A DNA stretch of 64,000 nt from Bdellovibrionales bacterium (GCA_050246815.1 JBFWVI010000012.1:1-64000), one strand, 5' to 3'. Shown: positions 29,703 through 39,667, counted from the stretch's first letter. Notes: generated by a model not told the origin, from the sequence alone. A program made the numbers and translations.

Positions 29703-29747
29703 CTTAACATATCAACTAAGTTAGGCAAATAAGATTGATATGTCAAT
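29703..29747 (-). promoter_or_regulatory. sigma70 promoter overlapped by two MarR-type operators
   Basis: TTGACA (29746-29741)-N17-TAACTT (29723-29718); imperfect palindromes attgatatgtcaat 29734-29747 and cttaacatatcaac 29703-29716. Confidence 0.65.
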
Positions 29748-29827
29748 TAATTGTTAAAAATGGCTTATTTCGGCACGGATTGAAATACGGGCGCAATAAC
29801 TCGTTGCCCTAGCTCCCTTGCGCTATT

Positions 29828-30193
29828 TCAATCTTGGGAGGAAAGCCAATGCGCCGCTCTTATAAGGTCACTGTAGAAGACCTTATAATCTCCTTCGCCA
29901 AATGCCAGGCGAGCTAAATATGCCATTCGAGCATCGCTCACCACAATCGCGCGACGAAACTGGGGCTCAGTCTTCTCTTGACTCAACTCCCACTGCTTTC
30001 TTGGTACTTCTATTGATGGATGAGACATTTCTAGAGCGTCAATTAATACACGTTCATTCCGCGAACTTTTGACTAACTTACGTATTTCCTCGCTCAGGTC
30101 TAAGAGCAGGTCCAGAGTGAGATTTCCTGTTATCCTCGCCACTACGATTTCGCCAACCAACTCCACTGAAAACTGCCCGGCCATCTTTTCCAT
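29828..30193 (-). CDS. Hypothetical protein, SpoIIAA/STAS-like fold
   Basis: ITGNLT...VLIDA...RRAIVV...VFYSDLIRAAHWL pattern. Confidence 0.6.
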   Translation of the reverse strand: MEKMAGQFSVELVGEIVVARITGNLTLDLLLDLSEEIRKLVKSSRNERVLIDALEMSHPSIEVPRKQWELSQEKTEPQFRRAIVVSDARMAYLARLAFGEGDYKVFYSDLIRAAHWLSSQD

Positions 30194-30201
30194 ACTCCAA
30201 C

Positions 30202-30642
30202 CTAGGCACGCTGACCTGGGAAATGTTTTTTGATGAAGACCGCTTTGGCGCGGACAATCTCCACACCGTTTGCAAGATGAAGGCTTGCGAAAGCTGTTAT
30301 TTTTCGACCTCGAATTTTTCCAACCGTAGCGTTCAACCTCAAATTCTTACAGAGAGGAGTGGGAGAAAGGAATTCGACTTCAAGCTTCAAGGTGTATCCT
30401 GTGTTTTGGCTAAGCCAAACAGCGGCTCCCATTGCTTCATCAAGTACCGACGCAATCGCGCCACCATGAACTCGCCCTGGGGGGCCTTCGGCGCGCTTTC
30501 CGAAGTACACGTCGGCAATGATTCGATCTCGTTTTGCGTTGGTGCCGTAACGAACCCGAATGAATCCTGAGCCCCTATTGCTAGACACAAAAGATCTGGA
30601 CTGACGAAATGGATTATTCTTAAGAGGAAATTTGACCTTCAT
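30202..30642 (-). CDS. PaaI-family hotdog-fold thioesterase
   Basis: EGPPGRVHGGAIASVLDEAMG. Confidence 0.9.
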   Translation of the reverse strand: MKVKFPLKNNPFRQSRSFVSSNRGSGFIRVRYGTNAKRDRIIADVYFGKRAEGPPGRVHGGAIASVLDEAMGAAVWLSQNTGYTLKLEVEFLSPTPLCKNLRLNATVGKIRGRKITAFASLHLANGVEIVRAKAVFIKKHFPGQRA

Positions 30643-30693
30643 TAGTGACTTGATTTCAATCCAAATACCTTCCCTTGCCCGGCAGCAAGCGCC

Positions 30694-31176
30694 CTACAAA
30701 AGACTCTCAATTTTGAGAGTGAGTGACTCCGGTTTTGTTTTCGGTGAAACTCGGGCCACAATACTTCCATGTCTATCAACTAAAAATTTTGTGAAATTCC
30801 ATTTGATACTTTTCGTACAAAAAATTCCTCTTTGTTCTTGCTTTAGAAATTGATAAAGCGGGTGTGCATTTGCGCCATTAACGTCTATCTTTGAAAACAA
30901 CGGAAAACTCACACCAAAATTAGATTCACAATAATTTTTGATTTCGTCCGCGTCCCCTGGCTCCTGTCCACCAAACTGATTGCAAGGAAATGCAAGAATT
31001 TCTAGTCCTCGAGAGTTGTACTTTCGGTAAAGATCCTCCAGGCCCTTATATTGCGGAGTGAATCCGCAATGACTCGCGACGTTTACTACAACGAGAACCT
31101 TGCCTTTGAATTCAGACATTTTGACATCTATGCCGCTTATGGCTTTTGCAGTGAAATCATACACGGTTGTTTTCAT
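30694..31176 (-). CDS. Glutathione peroxidase family protein
   Basis: VNVASHCGFTPQY, FPCNQFGGQEPG, WNFTKFL; ATG 31176. Confidence 0.93.
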   Translation of the reverse strand: MKTTVYDFTAKAISGIDVKMSEFKGKVLVVVNVASHCGFTPQYKGLEDLYRKYNSRGLEILAFPCNQFGGQEPGDADEIKNYCESNFGVSFPLFSKIDVNGANAHPLYQFLKQEQRGIFCTKSIKWNFTKFLVDRHGSIVARVSPKTKPESLTLKIESLL

Positions 31177-34100
31177 TAACGACCCCCACGATTTCAGGGG
31201 CAGACCCTTTATGTGAGCCATTTGTGACAACCGGATGGCCACCAGATTTAGATTTGTTTCCAACTAAGCGTAACACCAGTCCAAGACTCCAGACCCGATA
31301 ACGTTCCATATAAGAAAACGCCGCAGGCACAACCAGTAATGTTAGTAAAGTCGAACTGATCAATCCGCCGATAACCGCAACACCCATTCCTGTACGCTGC
31401 TTCGAGGCTTCGTTGAGTCCGATTGCAATGGGAAGCATGCCCGCAATCAAAGCAAAGGTTGTCATGAGAATAGGCCGCAATCGGACCTTTCCTGCCGCGA
31501 TAACTGCCTTAGAATAATCCATTCCCTCTTTAAGCATCTGATTCGTGTAATCTACCAGAAGAATTGAGTTCTTCGTTGCCACGCCAAGCAGCATGATACA
31601 ACCGATCATCGAGAAGATGTTGAGGGATTCGCCAGCCACCAAGAGTCCGAAAAAGGCTCCGCAAGCGGCGAGCGGCAAAACTAGCATAATCGTAAATGGA
31701 GTAACGAACGACTCATAAAGACTGGCAAGAACTAGGTATATGAACAATACACCTAGCAAGGCTGCAGCTATCATGCTGGAGATAAGCTCCTGAAAGTTTT
31801 CAGCCTGCCCAACAAAGGCATACTTCATTCCAGGAGGAAGCTTGATGTCGTTTGCAAACATTTGCTGAATGTCCGTCATTACGGCACCCATGCCAGGACC
31901 TTTAGGCGCGACATCTGCTGCGATCTGAATATACCGGCCACGATCTTGCCGCGTGATATTTGCAGGCCCCGTGGTTTCTACAGGTTGCGCCACGCTGCTC
32001 AAGCGCACTAGGCTTTGATTCACATTCGGCACGAATGTATCGCCAAAAGCTTGTTTCAAATTTCTCTGATTTTCTTCAAGGCGAACTCGAATGTCATATT
32101 CTTCGCCCTTCTCCCTAAATACCGCAGCAACAGTGCCTTCGATTTGAGTTCGAAGCTCCTGCCCAATTGTAGTCGTAGCAACTCCAAGTCGTTCAGCTCT
32201 TACTTTGTCAGGAACTACTTGGAACTCTGGCTTTCCTGGGCGATAGGTAACATCGACGTCTTTAAGGGCCGGATGATCTTTTAATCTTTCGTACACTTTG
32301 TTCGAAACTTCCTCAATCTGAGCGAGATCAGTACCAATGATATTTAGGTTGAAGGGACGTTGACCGCCCATGACCATGTCGATGTCTTTTACAATTGGTC
32401 GCGCTTTTGCGAAGGGTTTCAGTTGCTCCCGCACTTTATCTTTAAAATCAGATGTATTTATCTTCCTTTGATCACTAGGAACCATAGTAACAAAGAATTG
32501 GGCTTTATTTGCCTCTCCAGTTCTTCCTCCGATGATCATTACAGAATCTGCGACCTCAGGGTTAGCTCTCATTATTTTATCAACTTCTACTGCCACTTCT
32601 GACATCGCATTCAAGCTGGTCCCCGGTGGCATATCAAGTGATACCGAAAACTCTCCCATATCTTGTGCTGGCAAGAACGTCTTCGGGATGAATTTTACGA
32701 TCCACAAGCTCCCAACAAAAATGATAATGCTAGTTCCAATGACTAAGAGAGGATTCTTCAGCGTCCAACCGAGAATTTCTTCATAGCGATTTTCAAGCCA
32801 GGTTTGAAATCGATCAAATCCTCCGACCAAACGACCCATCGTTTTGCCCCAAAAACCTTTGCTATCTTTTGGGCCATGGGTTGTACCGGCAAAATAAGCG
32901 GAAAGCATGGGGGCCATAGTTACAGCATCAAACAAACTGATTGCCATCGCAAAACAAACCGTCAGGCCGAATTCCTTAAAGAATTGCCCTACGACGCCCT
33001 TTAAAAATCCTATCGGAGCAAATACTGAGACCACGGCGAGAGTTGTCGCAATTACGGCGAGGAGAACTTCTTTGGTTCCATCGGACGCAGCTTGTATAGG
33101 TTCTTTACCCAATTCGGTATGCCGGAAAATATTCTCACGAACGACGATGGCGTCATCAATTAAAAGACCAACCGCAAGGCTCAGCGCCAAAAGTGACATG
33201 ACATTGATGGTGAATCCAGCCGTGGACATCAAAAAGAAAGCGCCGATCAAGGACGTAGGAAGCGCCAAACCCGTAATGAAAGTCGACCGACCGCTACCGA
33301 GGAAGAAATAAACCACGATAATCGTCAAAATAATTCCGATAATGATCGCCTCATAAACGTCGGCGACATTGGCGCGAATCATTTTTGATCCATCACGAAC
33401 AACTGTAACTTTCCCACCATTAAGTTCAGAGTTTAATTTTTCAACACGAGCTTTCACGGCATCGGCGACAGCAATTGTATTCGCTCCGGATTGTCTGAAA
33501 ACCATCATGAAGACCGACCGCTCACCGTTGGTATAAGCACGTGACTTTTCATCTTGAACCGTATCAACAACTTGGCCGACATCGGCCACTGTCACAGGGA
33601 CGTCGTTCCCCAGGAAACTGACAATGACAGAACTGATATCCTTTACATTTTTAAATTCACCTAATGTTCTAAAGACCGTTTCTGTCTTTGCTTCGTCTAC
33701 TTTTCCGGCAGGGATGTTTTGTCCGGCTGCTGAAATGCGACTGACGACCGTTGAGGCTGAAACCTCGTAGGATTTTAATTTTTTGCGGTCCAACTCAACG
33801 TGAATTTCTCTCTCACGACCACCGATAATTTCAACCAGTCCAACCTGGTTAACCTGCTCGATCTTTGGCTTTACTGTTTTATCAGCGAGATCAAACAACT
33901 CAGCCTCAGGAAGCTTTGCAGTCAGAGCGAGAATAACAATGGGCTGATCCGCCGGGTCGATTCTCCGGATCACTGGCTCTTCAATATCTTTGGGGAGCTT
34001 GCGTTTAGCGGAGCTAACTCGGTCGCGGATTTGTTGTTCCGCATACTTAATATCGGTTTCTAGTGTAAATTCAGCGATTACCATACTCAGGCCTTCGCTG

Positions 34101-34351
34101 TTTGTTGAGCGCAATGTTTTAATCCCCGTGACGGTGCTCATTTCCTCTTCGAGTACACGTGAGACAAGGGTTTCAACTTCTTCGGGTCCAGCTCCAGGGT
34201 AAAGAGTACTTACTGAAACAATAGGAAATGTGATGTTTGGAAACAAATCTACCGACATGCTTCTTAGAGACATATAACCGAGAGCCAGAAGAATAATGGC
34301 GAGCGCTGTAACAAAAACGGGCCGCTTGATGGAAATATCTGCTGGGCTCAT
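31157..34351 (-). CDS. RND efflux transporter permease (AcrB/SwrC-like)
   Basis: GLLIDDAIVVRENI, KNSILLVD, RLRPILMTT; 1064 aa. Confidence 0.95.
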   Translation of the reverse strand: MSPADISIKRPVFVTALAIILLALGYMSLRSMSVDLFPNITFPIVSVSTLYPGAGPEEVETLVSRVLEEEMSTVTGIKTLRSTNSEGLSMVIAEFTLETDIKYAEQQIRDRVSSAKRKLPKDIEEPVIRRIDPADQPIVILALTAKLPEAELFDLADKTVKPKIEQVNQVGLVEIIGGREREIHVELDRKKLKSYEVSASTVVSRISAAGQNIPAGKVDEAKTETVFRTLGEFKNVKDISSVIVSFLGNDVPVTVADVGQVVDTVQDEKSRAYTNGERSVFMMVFRQSGANTIAVADAVKARVEKLNSELNGGKVTVVRDGSKMIRANVADVYEAIIIGIILTIIVVYFFLGSGRSTFITGLALPTSLIGAFFLMSTAGFTINVMSLLALSLAVGLLIDDAIVVRENIFRHTELGKEPIQAASDGTKEVLLAVIATTLAVVSVFAPIGFLKGVVGQFFKEFGLTVCFAMAISLFDAVTMAPMLSAYFAGTTHGPKDSKGFWGKTMGRLVGGFDRFQTWLENRYEEILGWTLKNPLLVIGTSIIIFVGSLWIVKFIPKTFLPAQDMGEFSVSLDMPPGTSLNAMSEVAVEVDKIMRANPEVADSVMIIGGRTGEANKAQFFVTMVPSDQRKINTSDFKDKVREQLKPFAKARPIVKDIDMVMGGQRPFNLNIIGTDLAQIEEVSNKVYERLKDHPALKDVDVTYRPGKPEFQVVPDKVRAERLGVATTTIGQELRTQIEGTVAAVFREKGEEYDIRVRLEENQRNLKQAFGDTFVPNVNQSLVRLSSVAQPVETTGPANITRQDRGRYIQIAADVAPKGPGMGAVMTDIQQMFANDIKLPPGMKYAFVGQAENFQELISSMIAAALLGVLFIYLVLASLYESFVTPFTIMLVLPLAACGAFFGLLVAGESLNIFSMIGCIMLLGVATKNSILLVDYTNQMLKEGMDYSKAVIAAGKVRLRPILMTTFALIAGMLPIAIGLNEASKQRTGMGVAVIGGLISSTLLTLLVVPAAFSYMERYRVWSLGLVLRLVGNKSKSGGHPVVTNGSHKGSAPEIVGVVNENNRV

Positions 34352-35775
34352 CGGCCACCTCCAAATGTCTTAAGTTGCGCGAAAATATTTAGCACTTCCG
34401 CTTGGGCACGAATGCGAGCCAGTTGTGAACTGGCGAAATCTTGCTCGAATAAAATGACCTGATAGGTCGTAGTGCGTCCGCGTTTGTGACGATTTCGTTC
34501 ATGATCAAGCTTTGTTCTCTGAGCTGATTCAATTTGGCGTGCAAGATCTAACCTTTGTCGTGCTTCAGAGAATTTTTTATTGAGATCGTTCCACAAGCGT
34601 TGTTCTTCAAATGATTTTTGCTGATAAACCATCTGGGCAGCTCGAGATTCACTTTCATAGGCACGACGGTCATCGCTTAATTGGCCTAAATCAAGTGGCA
34701 TGTTAAAGCGTATTCCAACAGTGCTATGGGGGTGCTTATCCGTAAAGGACTCAGACATTGACTCATCGGATTTAGGATCACGTCCGTTAAGCCCAACATT
34801 GACGTAAGCATCGAAAGTGGGTTTGTTTCGCTGTCTCGCAAGCTCTGCGTTGGCTTGTGCGGCGATCTGCTCTTGCTCCGCTGCTTTAACGTCCTCTCGA
34901 ACTCCTTTTTTATCCGGAGCCTTAAGATTTTTAATTGTATTCTCATCAAAGCCATTTAAATTTTCAGAGACCAGGTCGGACTCGATGCCTCGTGAGGTAT
35001 TGAAAGCACGGCTTGCAGCCTTCTCCTCATCTGTAGCAGATTGTACTTCAAGTCTACGTGATAACAATGCCGCTTCAGCCTGAAGAAAATCCGCCTTGTC
35101 GGCGAGATCCAACTTTGTGCGACCAGAGCTCCAGCTTCGGATTCTTTCAGCACGTTCCAGATTTTCTTTGGCCGCAGCTAAGGCTTCACGGGCTAAAGCC
35201 AGACGCCAATAAAGAGATTCCGCTTCAGCGCCAATAGATGTCTGGCGGAAGCTCGCCAAGTATTTTGCGGAAAGTGCTTGGGCCTCCTGCAATCTCTGCG
35301 TCGCCCGAATTTCACCACCGAACCCATTTTTACCAAAAGATTGTGTCAACTCCAGGTAGGGTCCGGTAGTAAAAAAATGTGGGTCTGCAAGGAAAGAGGG
35401 ATTAGCCCCATTAACGGTCGTATCGTTGTAATTATATGAAAGCTTGGCAGCAAGACCAAAGCTTGTTTGCTGACTGATTCCTAAACTGTAGGTATCTACC
35501 GTTGTTTCATTTCCCTGCAATGTCGGAGAGCTTACTTCTCGTTTATCATTAAACCTTTGGGCTAGCCCAAATAATGATGGCGACGTTAAAAGCGTCCACT
35601 CTTCCTTTCTCAATTCAGCGGCTTCTTCGCTTATTTCGGCGCCTTTATATATTCCGTTTTTAGCACCTACCTGCTTAAGGTAATCATCAAGACTCAGCTT
35701 TGTGGCTGCGGAATCCTGAGCCCATGCAGGGCAGATTGTTAATACGCTAGTAATTATAGCTAACCATCTACTCAT
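34348..35775 (-). CDS. TolC-family outer-membrane protein
   Basis: Signal peptide; DFLQAE and GRTTTYQVILFE repeats; coupled to the RND gene. Confidence 0.85.
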   Translation of the reverse strand: MSRWLAIITSVLTICPAWAQDSAATKLSLDDYLKQVGAKNGIYKGAEISEEAAELRKEEWTLLTSPSLFGLAQRFNDKREVSSPTLQGNETTVDTYSLGISQQTSFGLAAKLSYNYNDTTVNGANPSFLADPHFFTTGPYLELTQSFGKNGFGGEIRATQRLQEAQALSAKYLASFRQTSIGAEAESLYWRLALAREALAAAKENLERAERIRSWSSGRTKLDLADKADFLQAEAALLSRRLEVQSATDEEKAASRAFNTSRGIESDLVSENLNGFDENTIKNLKAPDKKGVREDVKAAEQEQIAAQANAELARQRNKPTFDAYVNVGLNGRDPKSDESMSESFTDKHPHSTVGIRFNMPLDLGQLSDDRRAYESESRAAQMVYQQKSFEEQRLWNDLNKKFSEARQRLDLARQIESAQRTKLDHERNRHKRGRTTTYQVILFEQDFASSQLARIRAQAEVLNIFAQLKTFGGGR

Positions 35776-36476
35776 TTTAAATTCTCCTTGGACTCTGAAC
35801 TTCTGGCCGATAAGCCTTCAAGAAAAATAGGAAGTATTTGTTCCTCAAGCTTTTTGCGGACAGCGGGCATTTGGACTGAAAAATTAAATAATTTTTCGTT
35901 TAATGTATTCAATCGCCCTAATTGATTCAGACTTCCTATAAAAAGGGATGCCGCAATAAAGGGGTCTATGTCTTTTCGAATCAGCCCCTTTTTTGCGGCA
36001 GAATCGAAGAATTTCAGGAGACACTCAAAGACTTTTAGAAAAGTTTCAGCGAAAATATCTCTGGCAACAGGTAGACCTAATTCGCACTCTCGGTGAATAA
36101 TCGCGGTTAGTTCAGGTTCATCCGTATAGCAGACGAGCATTTGTTCTATGAACATCTGAAGCCTGACGCGAACCTCTTCAGTGTTTTCGGCAGGACGTAA
36201 TATCCTTTCTGCCAACTCCAGATTTTCTCGCCCAAATTCATTTAAACAGGATTTGTATAACCCTTCTTTTCCATTAAAGTAGTAGCTGATCAAACTTACA
36301 TTCGCTCCGGCCTGCTCAGCGATTTCCTTTACTGAGGTTCCCGCATAGCCTTGGGACGAAAACAGCATAGTCGCTGCTGAAATCAAAAGTTGCTTGGTCG
36401 TCTCATGCGTAGGATCCGACGTGTGATTAGACTTCGCTTCTTCTTTTTTGGAATTTCGAACCTTTACTTTTCCCAT
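35772..36476 (-). CDS. TetR/AcrR-family regulator
   Basis: FSSQGYAGTSVKEIAEQAGANVSLISYYFNGKEGLY. Confidence 0.93.
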   Translation of the reverse strand: MGKVKVRNSKKEEAKSNHTSDPTHETTKQLLISAATMLFSSQGYAGTSVKEIAEQAGANVSLISYYFNGKEGLYKSCLNEFGRENLELAERILRPAENTEEVRVRLQMFIEQMLVCYTDEPELTAIIHRECELGLPVARDIFAETFLKVFECLLKFFDSAAKKGLIRKDIDPFIAASLFIGSLNQLGRLNTLNEKLFNFSVQMPAVRKKLEEQILPIFLEGLSARSSESKENLK

Positions 36477-36616
36477 GATTTTCTAATCCCTCAGATAAAA
36501 ATATCGGTCATATTGACAAAATAATTAATCAATTTATTGAAAAAATTCAAATGCTCATTTTAATATATTGCGTTACTTCGCTAGTTTTAGATGGTTTTAA
36601 GTCCTGGCCAAAAGGC

Positions 36617-36838
36617 TCAATGATTTGTGTGGCGAAACGATGTCTTCTGTTCTACGGCAAGTGAAGCTTTCGATGTTGACGGGAAAAATCGAGGACTGCC
36701 CCAGGTCGACGTACGGGATTGATAAACCACTTTGGCCTGTGCCCGCCAGATCCATGCTTGTAGAACGTCAAGCTTTCCCATGACAGCAAATGCGATTACG
36801 ATAACAGCAATCCAGGTAAAAAGTTTGTCGAGATTCAT
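36617..36838 (-). CDS. Small hypothetical membrane protein
   Basis: RBS aaggagagg; N-terminal TM; ATGA overlap with the upstream ORF. Confidence 0.6.
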   Translation of the reverse strand: MNLDKLFTWIAVIVIAFAVMGKLDVLQAWIWRAQAKVVYQSRTSTWGSPRFFPSTSKASLAVEQKTSFRHTNH

Positions 36839-37350
36839 GTGACCTCTCCTTTTGTTAGTATTGTTAGTAAAGTCAGTTTTTTGGCTTTAAGCCTTTGAAC
36901 GATGTTAAAGACGTGAGCCTGGCCCCAAGATTTCCCATGGCGAGTTTTGAATCCTTTCCTGCTCAAATGTCGGGCGATCTCAGTTGGAGTGTGGCCGAGC
37001 TGACGTTGCTTTTCGATCATTTGGAGAATTGAATACTCGCGAGGGTCCTTTTGGAGTCGGCCTTCGAGGTAGCAGTATCCATATGGTGGCGGCGCTGAGT
37101 TTTTGAAAGTCTGCCGCTGCCCCCCCGAAAAGCTGACGGATTTATTCGTTCTGAGCGTCACTCCCAATCTGATGAGCTGGTCTCGGACAGTAGAATAGGG
37201 AAATCCAAGCCGGTCACCGATCTCGTTTATAGAGAGGCCTTGCTCGTAAAATGCTTTAAAATCAGCGTTTTCGTGGGAAATTTTGTGGATGCTGATCTCA
37301 ATGAAATCATGTACTTGACTCAGATTGCAGGTTCTCGGAAGATGGCTACC
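36835..37350 (-). other. Detached C-terminal integrase module (HTH plus recombinase-like domain), in frame with the integrase across att
   Basis: Stop-free frame from the att GGT codon (37350) to TGA 36835; GLSINEIGDRLGFPYSTVRDQL HTH and PPYGY...EIARHL...KTRHGKSW motif; no ATG/GTG/TTG upstream of 37167. Confidence 0.75.
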
Positions 37351-37366
37351 AAATTCTACAACTTGC
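37346..37366 (+). repeat. attR: right copy CTACCAAATTCTACAACTTGC
   Basis: 20/21 identical to 4566-4586. Confidence 0.85.
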
Positions 37367-37472
37367 GAACCAGCGATGCCCGATGCCCAGATTGTTAAAT
37401 CTGGGGTAGAAAAAAATCAGAAATTGGGGTTCTACGGTTCTACGGATTAAGAGGCAAGTTCAGCAAGAGTTG

Positions 37473-37616
37473 ATGAGAAAGCGTCTAACGCATCTTTGCC
37501 GCGAGAATCTCTACCGAATTTTTTCGAATAAACGGACCCCTAGACTTGAGTCGTTGGTTAAAATTCTAAACGCATTGGGGTTCAAGCTCACGATTACGCC
37601 TAAGGGGGTATCTTAG
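37473..37616 (+). pseudogene. Truncated addiction-module antidote (HigA/HI1420-like HTH C-terminus)
   Basis: Translated by hand: LCRENLYRIFSNKRTPRLESLVKILNALGFKLTI; N-terminal half missing. Confidence 0.6.
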
Positions 37617-38524
37617 GTTCGCCGCTCTAGTAATCTTCTCGACTCCTGAGCCACAAAGTCGGTTTCTTCTCGATCACAGTTAGCTTGGCTAATGATATAA
37701 ATCCGATGGAGTCCAATTTCTTTCGGCGCTTTTTCGGATGAGCTCTTGGGCAGCAGCTCGACGAGATCGTCCTGCCTCGTAGCCACCCGATTGGGTAAAA
37801 CCGCGACGATTGATCCAGCGGCTGCGGCAGCTCTGAGGGTCTCAAAGCTGTCACTTAGAATCGCAGGTTTGTTAAGGCCACGCTGCCGCATAAACTTCGT
37901 AAAATACCGCGGAAGACTGTCCTTTCCTGGGGCCAGTGAGCCATAACCATATTTCTCAATAGCATCCCAACCGTCACTAACTATCGTGTGCCGTTTGGAA
38001 ACGTACAGACCCAGTCGGTCTTCTGTTACTTCTTTAACGTAAAACCGATCTAGATCGTCGACTTCCGTAATCAGCGCCGAACAAAGCGCTCCCTTTCGAA
38101 CCATCGAGATCAAATTAGCTGTGCGAGATACTCGAAGACCTAATCTCAAACTCGGCAGTTTGGTTCTCATGCTATTAATAAGGCCAGGTAAAAGATCGAT
38201 CGCGATGCTTTCGTAGGTACCGAAATTCATCCAGCTGATTTTAGGCACGGGAGCATGATTAAGGTTACGGAGGCGATCAAAGACTTCAAACGCGGGTCTT
38301 ACAATCTCCAAAAGAGAAATCGCATCTTCAGTTGGAGCAACCGATCCTTTCTCCCGAACCAAAAGCGGTTTGCCGAAAGAATGCTCTAGCGACGTGATGG
38401 TCTGCGAAATGGCGCTGGGCGACACCTTTGCTTGAAGAGAGGCTTTTTTTAGACTTCCTTGCTGGATAACAAGGTCCAGTATCCACAGTTTTTTTATTTG
38501 ATCTACATTCAAATCTCGAGCCAT
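37613..38524 (-). CDS. LysR-family transcriptional regulator
   Basis: GSLKKASLQAKVSPSAISQTITSLEHSFGKPLLVR; ATG 38524. Confidence 0.9.
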   Translation of the reverse strand: MARDLNVDQIKKLWILDLVIQQGSLKKASLQAKVSPSAISQTITSLEHSFGKPLLVREKGSVAPTEDAISLLEIVRPAFEVFDRLRNLNHAPVPKISWMNFGTYESIAIDLLPGLINSMRTKLPSLRLGLRVSRTANLISMVRKGALCSALITEVDDLDRFYVKEVTEDRLGLYVSKRHTIVSDGWDAIEKYGYGSLAPGKDSLPRYFTKFMRQRGLNKPAILSDSFETLRAAAAAGSIVAVLPNRVATRQDDLVELLPKSSSEKAPKEIGLHRIYIISQANCDREETDFVAQESRRLLERRT

Positions 38525-38743
38525 AGAGCGCCAACTTAACACAGCTTTAGAAGGGAGTGAACAGATTCCTTGCATGGTGAGTATTCCACCGATCATCCAA
38601 AATTAGATCTACTTACAATTTTATTAAACAAACCTAAATTCACTCATACTTATCTCTCTATTAAGAATCTCTAATCACGACATTTCAAACTAGTGGGCGT
38701 ACACAAAGAGCATGCGAATAACCGCGGAAAAATGGAGCGCAAA

Positions 38744-39106
38744 ATGAAAAAATACCTAATGATAGCGATACTGGCCGTAATGAGTTTTGCAATTAATACG
38801 CAGGCAAGTACATCTGTCGGGTCTATTGCAGAATACGTTGAGGAATTAAATGCTCTATCTGGAGCCAAGATTCCGTCTAATGCTCTGATAACACGCGATC
38901 AGTGTAATGAAGTGACTTATGATGGAATTGTTGGCTTAAAAGCTCAGGAGCTTTTTGAATCCGGAGACGCCAGATGTATGAAGACTGGAGAGAGATCTTT
39001 GTATGGATACCTTCTCACAGTTCCATATTCCTGCAGGTTTTTTCCAAACACGGCTGGCAGAGCTTCTGCAACGCTAACCCAATGTGCACTCACAACTATC
39101 AGATAA
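38744..39106 (+). CDS. Hypothetical secreted Cys-containing protein, divergent from LysR
   Basis: ggag RBS; signal peptide MKKYLMIAILAVMSFAINTQA. Confidence 0.7.
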   Translation: MKKYLMIAILAVMSFAINTQASTSVGSIAEYVEELNALSGAKIPSNALITRDQCNEVTYDGIVGLKAQELFESGDARCMKTGERSLYGYLLTVPYSCRFFPNTAGRASATLTQCALTTIR

Positions 39107-39130
39107 AATATAAAAAACAAGGAGTCTCAA

Positions 39131-39667
39131 ATGAGAAATTTAAAAATGGTACTTTTGGTGTCTTTGATCTCTACTTTTTCAGCTTTGAACGCAAAGGCAG
39201 AGCCTGTGAACGAAATGACTCGCGGATTTAATTCTAAGTATACATTTAGAATTAGTTCGAATTCTTTAGGTCGGTATTTGATTGCTAATTTAAGCGGCAT
39301 TGTTGCGACTCAAATATTTGAAACCTTTTACGCCAAAGAATCTTCCGTTGACGATAACTCGGGAACACACTTTTTCCTGACACTTCCTGACAGCTCGAAA
39401 ATTGCTTGTTCGAGATATAAAAATGGCAACAGTGTCTGCGCACTTTATTTAAGTTTGCTCGAAGAACCTGCTGGAGACAATCGCTCATTTCGCTATAAGT
39501 TTTCTAAGTCGGAAAGTATTTCTGTTTCAAAAACATTGAGAGGCAATGTGATTCAGGGGCCAGTTCAGGATTATGAATTTTTCCCCGCTGCAAAGTCGTT
39601 AAATGAATATTTGAGCTTAAATTGCTCATTGATAGATGATTGCTTTATTGACGTCACAAACAATTAG
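39131..39667 (+). CDS. Hypothetical secreted protein
   Basis: aaggag RBS; signal peptide ending AKA. Confidence 0.7.
   Translation: MRNLKMVLLVSLISTFSALNAKAEPVNEMTRGFNSKYTFRISSNSLGRYLIANLSGIVATQIFETFYAKESSVDDNSGTHFFLTLPDSSKIACSRYKNGNSVCALYLSLLEEPAGDNRSFRYKFSKSESISVSKTLRGNVIQGPVQDYEFFPAAKSLNEYLSLNCSLIDDCFIDVTNN

Larger units (their letters stand above)
4566..37366. mobile_element. Integrative conjugative element (ICE) inserted at the tRNA-Val 3' end
   Basis: Flanking direct repeats, large serine recombinase, relaxase, coupling protein, VirB4-type T4SS; all genes on the minus strand. Confidence 0.9.

Noticed and set aside
36835..37167. Stand-alone 110-aa recombinase-family gene starting at TTG 37167
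   Set aside because: No evident RBS, and the start cuts off an HTH in the same open frame. It is better read as the detached integrase C-terminus, though independent low-level translation is not excluded.
37509..37520. ctctaccgaatt resembling the att core
   Set aside because: Short, and explained by the coding sequence of the antidote remnant (NLYRI).
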